Source: Candidatus Falkowbacteria bacterium RIFOXYC2_FULL_36_12
Lineage (GTDB): Bacteria > Patescibacteriota > Patescibacteriia > UBA11705
Length of the DNA: 64,000 nt
Direction: 5' to 3'
Assembly (NCBI GenBank): GCA_001778235.1
Contig: MFGJ01000007.1
Coordinates: 193,476 to 257,475, forward strand
The notes below the pieces were generated by a model. That model was not told the origin of the DNA, searched no databases, and worked only from the letters and a program-made list of their open reading frames with translations. Positions 9,799-18,246 of the stretch are shown here, one piece after another (the stretch's first letter is position 1; each line of letters starts with the position of its first letter). The translations under genes and the position numbers were made by a program.

Positions 9799-10131
9799 CT
9801 ATTTCCACCAATCAGCATTAAACTTAACTGCATAGATATTATCTACATCATACAATTCATATTCAGGTTGACGATATTGACTTCGAAGCAACATTCTAAA
9901 ATATTGCCAAATACTTTCTACTGTTAATTTTCCTCGATGCTGGTGGCAAAAAGTCTGCATGCCCTCGGCTAAAAACAATATTTTTTTCATCGGTTCAATT
10001 TGAAGTGGAACAAAAGTGGAAATATAGACCTTGAAGCCTTTTCTAACTGCAATATTTGCCATATTTTGAGTTGATTTCTGATTACTGATTTGGATTATAA
10101 TGATATAATCATTTTTCTGCAGGTCTGGCAT
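9799..10131 (-). CDS. Island gene A: hypothetical 110-aa protein (start MPDLQKNDYIIIIQ)
   Basis: An AGGAGGGAAG Shine-Dalgarno precedes the ATG at 10131. It is the first gene of the A-B operon and resembles a small Rossmann-like (DsrE-like?) module. Confidence 0.45.
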   Translation of the reverse strand: MPDLQKNDYIIIIQISNQKSTQNMANIAVRKGFKVYISTFVPLQIEPMKKILFLAEGMQTFCHQHRGKLTVESIWQYFRMLLRSQYRQPEYELYDVDNIYAVKFNADWWK

Positions 10132-10220
10132 GACTTCCCTCCTGGTTATTGTCAAAGAATATAAAAGATTATCATTTTACACAAAAAGTGTCAATGTTTA
10201 TAATTTTCAATAAATCTCTT

Positions 10221-10285
10221 GCCAAAATATTAAATTGTGCTATAATAAGGGTGTTAATAGGCCTTGGGGCCTTTTTAAGATAGTT
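10221..10285 (+). promoter_or_regulatory. TTGCCA-16-TATAAT promoter followed within about 15 nt by a GGCCUUGGGGCC hairpin and U-run (possible leader or attenuator upstream of secE)
   Basis: The promoter and the stem-loop plus TTTTT were both read directly from the sequence. Confidence 0.4.
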
Positions 10286-10389
10286 TTAATTCTAAATTAA
10301 ACAAAAAAAACATTTCCACGAATAACAAATTTGCCACAAATCTACGGATATTTTTGTACATTTGTAAATATTTGTAATTCGTAACCAAT

Positions 10390-10587
10390 ATGGATTGGAA
10401 AAAAAATAAATTAGCAACCTATTTAATTGAATCAAAAAAAGAATTAAAAAAAGTTACTTGGCCGACAAAGAAAGAAACAACTAAATATACACTGATTGTT
10501 ATTGGTATTTCTTTGTTCATTGCGGTTTTCTTTGGAGCCCTAGATTTTGTTTTTTCAACCTTGGTTGGCTTGGTTATATCTTCTTAA
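10390..10587 (+). CDS. secE: Preprotein translocase subunit SecE
   Basis: 65 aa with a single C-terminal TM; it sits immediately upstream of nusG, the canonical synteny. Confidence 0.8.
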   Translation: MDWKKNKLATYLIESKKELKKVTWPTKKETTKYTLIVIGISLFIAVFFGALDFVFSTLVGLVISS

Positions 10588-10623
10588 AATGGAACTAAAT
10601 TTATATTTTATTAATATCTAAAT

Positions 10624-11169
10624 ATGCCAAAACAAGATACAAAAGTTGGTCGGCGCTGGTATGTAATCCATACTCAATCCGGTCATGAAGAATCAGTGGC
10701 AGAAAACTTGAAGCAAAGAATTGAGTCTATGGACATGGAAGATAAGATCTTCAGTGTGCTGATACCGACAGAGAAAAAAATCAGGATAAAAAATGGCAAG
10801 AGAAAAACCATTACTGAAAAAATCTTTCCTGGATATGTCTTTGTTGAAATGGTTGTAACCGATGATTCATGGTATGTTGTTCGCAACACACCAAATGTTA
10901 CTGGCTTTATTGGATCAGGCACGATCCCAACACCGATCTCTGAAGCTGAAATGAAAGAATTGCAGAAACGAATGGGTGTTGATGATCCAACAGTGTCTAT
11001 TGAGCTCACACCTGGAACTCCGGTAAAAATCACTGATGGTCCATTCAAAGACTATGAAGGACGAGTAGATGAAGTGGATGAAGAAAGAGGAAAAGTAAAA
11101 GTTGCGGTTTCAATGTTTGGACGAGAAACTCCAGTTGAACTTGATCCTTTGCAAGTAAAACAATTGTAA
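10624..11169 (+). CDS. nusG: Transcription termination/antitermination factor NusG
   Basis: RRWYVIHTQSGHE... NGN domain followed by a C-terminal KOW motif. Confidence 0.9.
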   Translation: MPKQDTKVGRRWYVIHTQSGHEESVAENLKQRIESMDMEDKIFSVLIPTEKKIRIKNGKRKTITEKIFPGYVFVEMVVTDDSWYVVRNTPNVTGFIGSGTIPTPISEAEMKELQKRMGVDDPTVSIELTPGTPVKITDGPFKDYEGRVDEVDEERGKVKVAVSMFGRETPVELDPLQVKQL

Positions 11170-11426
11170 TTACGAATATACTACTATTACAATTTTACGA
11201 ATATAAATTAAGTATTTGTTATAGTTGTAAATAGGAATAAATTTGTAATAAAAATTAGCAAGGAGAGGGGCTAAGAAATTTTCATTTTATTAATCAGTGA
11301 GCTTCTAAATATAATTACTAAACTACCTGCCTATCATAAAAGTTTTGGCAGGTGAGCAAAAAATTACAACCATTACAAAAGACAATCAATAGTAATATTG
11401 TAATTTCTAACAACAACAAGAAATAT

Positions 11427-11852
11427 ATGGCGAAAAAAATAGTAACACAAATCAAGTTGCAAATCCCAGCTGGCGCAGCAAACCCAGCTCCTCCAGTCGG
11501 TCCTGCTCTTGGTCAACATGGTTTGAATATCCAGGAATTTTGTACAAAATTTAATGAAGCAACAAAAGACAAAACTGGAGATGTTGTTCCAACAATTATT
11601 ACTGTTTATGAAGACCGAACTTTTAGTTTTGTGACTAAAACACCTCCAGCTGCAAACTTGATTTTGAAAGCTTTGAAATTGAAAAAAGGATCGGGAAAAC
11701 CATTGACTGAAAAAGTCGGCAAAATCACTCAAGCACAGCTTCGAGAAATTGCTGAAGTCAAACTACCTGACTTGAACACAAAGGATATTGATCAAGCTGC
11801 AAAGATAATCGCGGGTACAGCTCGACAAATGGGGATTGAGATAAAAGAATAA
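11427..11852 (+). CDS. rplK: 50S ribosomal protein L11
   Basis: [32 protein letters not shown] is the L11 signature. The ORF-track start at 11352 is an over-extension. Confidence 0.9.
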   Translation: MAKKIVTQIKLQIPAGAANPAPPVGPALGQHGLNIQEFCTKFNEATKDKTGDVVPTIITVYEDRTFSFVTKTPPAANLILKALKLKKGSGKPLTEKVGKITQAQLREIAEVKLPDLNTKDIDQAAKIIAGTARQMGIEIKE

Positions 11853-11967
11853 AAGTGAACAGTTTAGACTAAAATTTATTTATAAAATAATGTGGGAGTT
11901 AGAAAAACTAACGATTGTACCACGAACTAATATTGGACAAGTTTGAATTAGTAAACTGACTCAAAGA

Positions 11968-12681
11968 TTGAATTCAATGTTAGTAAAAACTATGCCACAT
12001 AGATCAAAAAGATATCAAGTTCTTGCAAAAGAAATTGATAAAAACAAAGTTTATTCACTAGAAGAAACTCTTGCCCTTGTACGAAAAACTTCAAATATTA
12101 AATTTGATGCTTCGGTTGAAATCCATATTAGATTGGGAATTGACCCGAAGAAGGGAGAACAACAAGTACGATCAACAGTAGTTTTGCCTCATGGTATTGG
12201 AAAATCTAAAACTATTTGCGTCTTTGCTGAAGGCGACAAAGCCAAAGAAGCTGAAAAAGCTGGGGCGGACTTAGTTGGTGGTGAAGAATTAATTGAAAAA
12301 ATTAAAAAAACTGGTAAATGCGATTTTGAATTAGCACTTGCAACTCCAGACATGATGCCAAAGCTAGCAATTATTGCTAAAACACTTGGACCAAAGGGTC
12401 TGATGCCTTCACCAAAAAATGAAACTATTACTCCGAATATTGGGAAAGCGGTTGAAGAAATGAAAAAAGGTAAAATTGCTTTCAAAAATGATGACACAGC
12501 CAATATCCACCAGGTAATCGGAAAAGTCTCATTTGATGATGTTCAGCTAACAGAAAATTTTAAGACTTTTATGGAAGCACTTGAAAAATCAAAACCTGAA
12601 ACATCAAAAGGTACTTTTATAAAATCTGTTTCCATGACAACAACTATGGGACCTGGAATAAAAGTTGATTATCAGAAATAA
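11968..12681 (+). CDS. rplA: 50S ribosomal protein L1 (the true start may be the internal Met at 11977 or 11992)
   Basis: Shows the L1 family profile and follows rplK. Confidence 0.85.
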   Translation: MNSMLVKTMPHRSKRYQVLAKEIDKNKVYSLEETLALVRKTSNIKFDASVEIHIRLGIDPKKGEQQVRSTVVLPHGIGKSKTICVFAEGDKAKEAEKAGADLVGGEELIEKIKKTGKCDFELALATPDMMPKLAIIAKTLGPKGLMPSPKNETITPNIGKAVEEMKKGKIAFKNDDTANIHQVIGKVSFDDVQLTENFKTFMEALEKSKPETSKGTFIKSVSMTTTMGPGIKVDYQK

Positions 12682-12790
12682 GCGAGAAAAGAATAAAGCA
12701 AGTACAGAATAAAGCGAGTACAGTTATTATTGATGATTGAACTGTGAAGAAATAAATACAGAAATTTAGATATTAAAAAACAAGTTGAAT

Positions 12791-13135
12791 TTATTCAGCT
12801 TGTTTTTGTGATTCGAAATCAACAACCAGATTGGCACTCATAAATTTTGTGGAAAGTTCTATCTTGGCTCGCCAGCAATCCTCAATCCTGGCCCACTCAT
12901 CATCGGTAATTTTTAACCCCTTCACGAAATTCCAATTACACCTTCTATGATCATTCACCGCCCTTTCTTCAATATCTACTATCTGAAAATTATCATCTTC
13001 GCCAACTCTGAAAATCTCAACAACTAAATCAATATCAGTCTCCTGACTCGGGATATTCACTTTTTTTGACTTAACCGGTGAAAAGACTAAATAAATGGTA
13101 CCAGGAATGCGAGTTAACAAAAATGCTTGCTTCAT
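12791..13135 (-). CDS. Hypothetical protein (114 aa)
   Basis: ORF only; no family recognised. Confidence 0.35.
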   Translation of the reverse strand: MKQAFLLTRIPGTIYLVFSPVKSKKVNIPSQETDIDLVVEIFRVGEDDNFQIVDIEERAVNDHRRCNWNFVKGLKITDDEWARIEDCWRAKIELSTKFMSANLVVDFESQKQAE

Positions 13136-13366
13136 CTTTTCGCCCTTTCCTCGTCTGTTGTGAATGTGTTATCTACTTTTATCATATATTCTTATAAATG
13201 TCAATGATATTTTATCTTCAATTTAGGCAAAAATTTAATCCACAGGTAATTTTTTTGTCAGCCTGTTGTCTATCTGCTAAAATGGATTTACATTGATAGT
13301 CCATAGTTACTAGTCGGCAGTTTTATTGGCTCAAGACTATTAACTCTGGAATAATACCTAACTTCT

Positions 13367-14197
13367 ATGACACAGTTTGATCAGTTGTACAAAGATGCGA
13401 TTCTGCGAATAATGAATGAGGGGTTCGAAGAATTGAATGAGAGGACAGGTCATAAAACTAGGATTATTCCTGGTCTGACTTTTGAATTGGACCAAGGCTT
13501 TCCCCTATTAACCCTAAGAAAAATACCGATTAAAATATTTGTAGCGGAGCAAATCTGGTATATTATGGGGAGTAAAAATCCTGATGATTTTGTCAGTAAA
13601 TTCACAAAAATCTGGGAAGATTTCACTGAAGAAGATGGAACAATCCCAGCAGCCTATGGACACCGCTGGCGAAGTGCTTTTGGGAGAGATCAACTTGGAT
13701 TATTAATTCAACATTTACAAGATTCTCCAGGATCAAGACATGGGGTGGTAATTACCTGGGATCCGAGAGAAGATGGACTGGGCAATCCAGAAACAAAAAA
13801 AAATGTTCCCTGCCCTTATACCTGGACAGCAAATATTATAGGAAATAAATTACATATACATTCAATAGTCAGAAGTAATGATATGATGCTCGGTTGTCCT
13901 CACGATGTAGCTGGATTTGCTTTACTTCAAGCAATCTTGGCGGCAAAACTCCATGTTCAACCTGGTAAATTAACTCATTCAATCAGTAATGCTCATATTT
14001 ATGATATTCACTATGAGCAAGCTTGGGCATTAGTTGAAAGAATAAACAGCCATCCTCCAATTTACTTTGAAGCTCAAGATAACTACTTTGACCGAGCAGA
14101 AAAAGGTGACGAAAGCTTGGTTGATGAAATAGTAAGTAAGATAGAAAGACAATATAAACCGTCTGAACCGATTAAGGGAATGAAGATAGTGTTGTGA
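13367..14197 (+). CDS. thyA: Thymidylate-synthase-family (ThyA-like) enzyme; Asp at the position of the dUMP-specifying Asn177
   Basis: It aligns without gaps to the E. coli ThyA core (FPLLT, YGHRWR, the PC nucleophile at Cys149, RS, ALL). LGLPFNIAS is replaced here by LGCPHDVAG. Confidence 0.85.
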   Translation: MTQFDQLYKDAILRIMNEGFEELNERTGHKTRIIPGLTFELDQGFPLLTLRKIPIKIFVAEQIWYIMGSKNPDDFVSKFTKIWEDFTEEDGTIPAAYGHRWRSAFGRDQLGLLIQHLQDSPGSRHGVVITWDPREDGLGNPETKKNVPCPYTWTANIIGNKLHIHSIVRSNDMMLGCPHDVAGFALLQAILAAKLHVQPGKLTHSISNAHIYDIHYEQAWALVERINSHPPIYFEAQDNYFDRAEKGDESLVDEIVSKIERQYKPSEPIKGMKIVL

Positions 14198-14284
14198 TAC
14201 AAATATACGAAAACTACAAATATTACAAATGCATAAAATGGTCTAGGTATTTGTAATTTCTGTAATATTCGTAAATTCGTAATT
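14198..14284. repeat. R3 inverted-repeat element (solo, MITE-like): forward arm ..ATACGAAAACTACAAATATTACAAATGCAT, spacer, reverse arm GTATTTGTAATTTCTGTAATATTCGTAAATTCGTAAT
   Basis: Its arms are near-identical to the repeats flanking the GxxExxY gene at 34996-35036 and 35428-35470. It ends 1 nt before the start of the DHFR gene. Confidence 0.7.
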
Positions 14285-14803
14285 ATGAAAACAAGAATTG
14301 TTATGGTCATGTCGGCTGATGGCGTGATTGCCAAAAGTTCAAATCACAACCCAACCGAATGGACATCAAAAGAGGATCAGGAATTGTATAAAAAAATAAC
14401 CAAAGAGGCTGGGGTTATGATTTTTGGGCAAAGCACATATGATGCCATTGGAATGCCTTTGCCCGGCAGATTGAATATTGTTCTAACCAGAGAAAATCGT
14501 CAAGACATTCCAGGGACATTGGAGCATAAACAAGGAGACTTGAAACTGATTTTGGAAGATTTGGCTAAACGGGGTTTCAAACTAGTGATAATTGGTGGAG
14601 GAACTATTGTTAATTCAAGATTCCTTGAGGCTGGTTTGGTTGATGAACTCCAGCTGACTATTGAACCAAAACTTTTTGGGGCTGGCCTACGACTGTTCGA
14701 TCAAATTGATGTCAATATTGATCTCGAGCTGATTGAAGTCGTAAAATTGAATGATAATACATTGAACCTGATTTATAAAATAAAAAAGACAAGTAATTTA
14801 TAA
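14285..14803 (+). CDS. folA: Dihydrofolate reductase family protein (RibD-C/DHFR fold)
   Basis: VMSADGVIA...IFGQSTYDAIG...RLNIVLTRE...IIGGGTIVNS..VDELQLTIEPKLFGAG matches the DHFR/RibD_C profile, and the gene is adjacent to thyA. Confidence 0.7.
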   Translation: MKTRIVMVMSADGVIAKSSNHNPTEWTSKEDQELYKKITKEAGVMIFGQSTYDAIGMPLPGRLNIVLTRENRQDIPGTLEHKQGDLKLILEDLAKRGFKLVIIGGGTIVNSRFLEAGLVDELQLTIEPKLFGAGLRLFDQIDVNIDLELIEVVKLNDNTLNLIYKIKKTSNL

Positions 14804-14910
14804 TTTTTCTTTGTGAAAATAACTGGTCAAGACTTCATTTATTTTTTATTAACAACGATTAATATTATTTTATAAATTTACAAAACTTAATTATAATCAA
14901 AAAATAATCT

Positions 14911-15561
14911 ATGCCGATTTTAACCAAGAAACAAATTGAAGAAAAAATCAGTCGGGGGGAAATTGTTTTTGAACCAGCCTTAGATGCTTTTCAAACACAA
15001 CCAGCATCAGTTGACTTGAGGATTGGTTGGAGTTTTTATATCCCCTACACCTGGAAATACTGTGAAAAAGGTAGGATTGCTGTGGTTGCTGACCACATGG
15101 ATTACTCAACAACTCATGAAAATTTCCAGTTGATAAAACTAAAACCCGGACAATATTTTGAAATTTTACCAGGAGAGATGGTAATTGCCTCAACACTGGA
15201 AAAAATCAACTTAAACGCCGGCAATCTATCGGGTGTCATCCATCCAAGAAGCTCGGCTTCAAGGAGAGGTCTAGCAATTGAAAGCGGAGTAGTCAACCCA
15301 AATTTCACCGGATATTTAACAATACCAATGGTAAATCAAAGTCATCATGTGATAAAAATTTATCCAGGTGAGAGGTTGTGTCAAATTTTATTTCACGAAT
15401 TGACAGCTGAAATTAACAAAGAAGAAAGTAAAACTCATGGACTGTCAGAAGATAAATACCAAAGCTCAACACCATATAATATGGACAGCAAACTTGATCC
15501 ACAGGAAGAAATTGATTTTCTAAAATCAGGTAATATTGATGGACTGAAAAAAAAACTTTAA
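14911..15561 (+). CDS. dcd: dCTP deaminase / dUTPase-superfamily protein
   Basis: ASVDLRIG, RSSASRRGL and GVVNPNFTG are motifs of the Dcd family. Confidence 0.75.
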   Translation: MPILTKKQIEEKISRGEIVFEPALDAFQTQPASVDLRIGWSFYIPYTWKYCEKGRIAVVADHMDYSTTHENFQLIKLKPGQYFEILPGEMVIASTLEKINLNAGNLSGVIHPRSSASRRGLAIESGVVNPNFTGYLTIPMVNQSHHVIKIYPGERLCQILFHELTAEINKEESKTHGLSEDKYQSSTPYNMDSKLDPQEEIDFLKSGNIDGLKKKL

Positions 15562-15569
15562 ATCTTGAC

Positions 15570-16124
15570 TTGCCTAAACAGAAAGATGATTTACCACAAT
15601 ATCCGCACCTGCCAATTGATAGAAAATTTAATTTTGTTGAACTTTATGACCAATGGATGACAGAAGCGAGAAAAGCATCAGAGGATCGTGTGGTTTGTTC
15701 TTGGTGGCCGACTGGTGCTGTATTGGTCAAAGATAATAAAATCATTGGACGAGGCTCAAATGGTGGTAGATTTGTCCCACTTTGTCCAAGGTATTTGAAT
15801 AATTGTCCAACTGGTACTGGCTATGAATACTGCACAGCAGAATGCCAGCAAACCTCTCACGCAGAAGTTTCAGCCATTAATGATGCAATAGCTCTTGGCA
15901 ATAGCCCAGAAAACGCTGATTTGTATTTGTTTGGACATTGGTGGGCTTGCGAGAGTTGTTGGGAACATATTATAAAACATAAGGTAAAGAATGTTTTCTT
16001 GGTCAGAAATGCTCACAAAATTTTTACCAGAGAAAAAAGAGTTCAGCTAATGGAAGAAATAAAAAACCGTTTAGAAAAAAAAGAGCTTCTACGACCAATG
16101 GACATATATTGGGATGTGAAATAA
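15570..16124 (+). CDS. dCMP deaminase (cytidine/deoxycytidylate deaminase zinc motif HAE...CxxC)
   Basis: The motifs TSHAEVSAINDA...WACESC are present. Confidence 0.75.
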   Translation: MPKQKDDLPQYPHLPIDRKFNFVELYDQWMTEARKASEDRVVCSWWPTGAVLVKDNKIIGRGSNGGRFVPLCPRYLNNCPTGTGYEYCTAECQQTSHAEVSAINDAIALGNSPENADLYLFGHWWACESCWEHIIKHKVKNVFLVRNAHKIFTREKRVQLMEEIKNRLEKKELLRPMDIYWDVK

Positions 16125-16157
16125 TAAAATTAATACTTTTTTTGAATTTTATAAACT

Positions 16158-16709
16158 ATGTCAAAAATAATTTTTGGATTTGTTGGGGAAATTGCCAGTG
16201 GAAAAGGCACGGCTTGTGAATATCTAATAAATAATTATCAAGCAGGATATTATAGATTTTCAACAATAATAAGGGATATTATAAAAAGATTGTATATTGC
16301 TGAAGACCGTGAACATCTACAAAAAATGTCTTCTGTATTACGGGAAAATTTTGGACAGGATATTTTTGCCAAAGTAATGGCTGAAGATGTAAATAATGAT
16401 AAACATACAATAATCTGCGTTGATGGTATTCGGCGTCAAGATGATATTATATATCTAAAGAAAATACCTGGGTTTATTTTGGTTAATATTTTCGCTGATT
16501 TAGAAACCCGTTATCAAAGAATTGTAAAAAGAAGTGAAAATCAGGATGACAAAGCAAAAACCTTTGAACAGTTCAAAAAAGACCATGAGAATGAAAATGA
16601 AGCCTTGATTGAGGAAACGGGCAAACAAGCAAGTGAGAAAATTGACAACAATGGGACAGAAGCTGAATTGGTTGAACAGATTGAAAAAATGGTTGAAAAA
16701 TATAAATAA
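16158..16709 (+). CDS. P-loop deoxynucleoside-monophosphate kinase, T4 gp1 (dNMP kinase)-like
   Basis: The GEIASGKGT P-loop and the CVDGIRRQDD segment resemble the T4 gp1 motifs 'SGVKRSGKDT' and 'PDTRQDHE'. Confidence 0.5.
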   Translation: MSKIIFGFVGEIASGKGTACEYLINNYQAGYYRFSTIIRDIIKRLYIAEDREHLQKMSSVLRENFGQDIFAKVMAEDVNNDKHTIICVDGIRRQDDIIYLKKIPGFILVNIFADLETRYQRIVKRSENQDDKAKTFEQFKKDHENENEALIEETGKQASEKIDNNGTEAELVEQIEKMVEKYK

Positions 16710-16738
16710 AAAAAGGCTCCAACATTGTGAAGCACAAA

Positions 16739-16984
16739 TTAATTTTTCAGTTTTACAACTTCGGTCCGACCTCCACCACTGGTGCCAGTGGGATTGAAGG
16801 AATATTTCATGACATTGGTTGTCTGATCATAGTAAAGAGCCGTGAGTTGGTTTTTCTTCCCCGCAAAACCGATGATGATAAAGCGATTATAAGGCTTTTG
16901 AATGATAAGTACAACAGAAAAATCAATAATAGCGCCACTGGTCAAGTTAATGTGGACAAAATCACCTTTTTGCGGTAAAACCAT
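16739..16984 (-). CDS. Hypothetical small protein (81 aa)
   Basis: An ORF filling the gap between convergent genes; weak support. Confidence 0.3.
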   Translation of the reverse strand: MVLPQKGDFVHINLTSGAIIDFSVVLIIQKPYNRFIIIGFAGKKNQLTALYYDQTTNVMKYSFNPTGTSGGGRTEVVKLKN

Positions 16985-17044
16985 TGCAGAGCCTCCCTTG
17001 TGGTGATGGGAATATCAACCTATTTATAATCATTTTTAAATAAA

Positions 17045-17896
17045 ATGTCAACTGTAGAACAAATAAAGGAACTGCTGTATTCAGCCAAAAGTGATGTATT
17101 CATGAAATCTGAATTTGAATATTTATATCGGGAAACAATTGATTTTATTATCAATAAATACCAAGAATTCAGTAAAACGATTGAAGATACAACTGCTCTA
17201 GAAAACATGTTGCCATGCCTGGCTTTTGATAATTTCAAAATTGAAAAGAAAACATCCTCCGAGCAACAACTAGAAAATTCAGTGTCTGATATTATCAGAA
17301 ATGAAAAAAGTGAAATGGCCGAGCTCACTCTAATAAAATATGCAAAAGATGAGGAGAATTTCTTAACTAAACTGATTTTGTTTCAACAGTCAAGTTTATC
17401 ATTTAATCAGATTGAAGAAAAAATAAAGTTAATGACTCTGGAGCAGAAAGAAAAGTTGATTAATCTTTATTTTGACACAACAAAGGACAAAAATGTCTTT
17501 AATTTTTTCCATTATAATTTTCAGATGACATGTACTATCCCAATACTAGAAAAAATAAAACCAATCTTAGCCAACAAACTGCTGGTACAAAAACTGGAAA
17601 TCTGTAATGGATATTACACCCCGCCTAAAATCCTACATTCTGGTTACCATGGCGACTATATTTTGATCATGAAAAAAGCCATAGATGCTTACAAAAAAAT
17701 GCTCCCGACTTTATCCACACAAGCTTTTTACATTGTACCTCTTGCATTTATGCAAAAAATATTATTTACTGTAAAAGTAGTTGATTCATCTTTAATACAA
17801 TTGCCTTTCAAACAACAACTATGGCAAAAAATAAAAGAGGTCAACCCAACTATCTATGAACAAATAAATAAATTAATAACCATAGGGGAGGAATAA
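17045..17896 (+). CDS. Hypothetical protein (283 aa) embedded in the dNTP-metabolism cluster
   Basis: No recognisable motifs; it is not ThyX (no RHR...S motif). It is translationally coupled to the MazG-like gene (stop 17896, next start 17899). Confidence 0.5.
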   Translation: MSTVEQIKELLYSAKSDVFMKSEFEYLYRETIDFIINKYQEFSKTIEDTTALENMLPCLAFDNFKIEKKTSSEQQLENSVSDIIRNEKSEMAELTLIKYAKDEENFLTKLILFQQSSLSFNQIEEKIKLMTLEQKEKLINLYFDTTKDKNVFNFFHYNFQMTCTIPILEKIKPILANKLLVQKLEICNGYYTPPKILHSGYHGDYILIMKKAIDAYKKMLPTLSTQAFYIVPLAFMQKILFTVKVVDSSLIQLPFKQQLWQKIKEVNPTIYEQINKLITIGEE

Positions 17897-17898
17897 CT

Positions 17899-18210
17899 AT
17901 GATACATAACAAATTAGTCAGGGATTTGATCCCTCAAATCATTGAAGATGACGGAGATGAGGCGGTGACAAGAGTCTTGGAAGATGATGAATATTATCAA
18001 GCCTTAAAAGACAAATTACTTGAAGAGGTCGAGGAATACTTAGAATCAGACGACCACGAAGAATTAGCGGATGTCTTGGAAGTAATCCGAGCGCTGGTAG
18101 ACTATCATTCAATGACATATGAAGACTTGGAAAATACCCGAAAAATGAAATTACAAGAACGGGGGGGATTTAGTGAAAGGATATTCTTGTCAGAGGTAAT
18201 TGAAAATTAA
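17899..18210 (+). CDS. MazG-like / phosphoribosyl-ATP pyrophosphohydrolase-like NTP pyrophosphatase
   Basis: 103 aa all-alpha protein with the EEVEEY...ELADVLEV acidic metal-binding pattern of MazG/HisE-like house-cleaning NTPases. Confidence 0.6.
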   Translation: MIHNKLVRDLIPQIIEDDGDEAVTRVLEDDEYYQALKDKLLEEVEEYLESDDHEELADVLEVIRALVDYHSMTYEDLENTRKMKLQERGGFSERIFLSEVIEN

Positions 18211-18246
18211 ACAGGAAGGCGATTTTGTCGCCTTCTTTTATACAAT

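Noticed and set aside
16541-16978. Small ORFs 16541..16735, 16609..16797 and 16727..16978 around the kinase 3' end
   Set aside because: They overlap the better-supported kinase and the convergent 81-aa ORF, and no signals were seen. Only the 81-aa minus ORF is retained, with low confidence.
17045-17896. The 283-aa protein as flavin-dependent thymidylate synthase ThyX
   Set aside because: No RHRxxxxxxS signature or ThyX-like length and profile was seen, so it is left as hypothetical.
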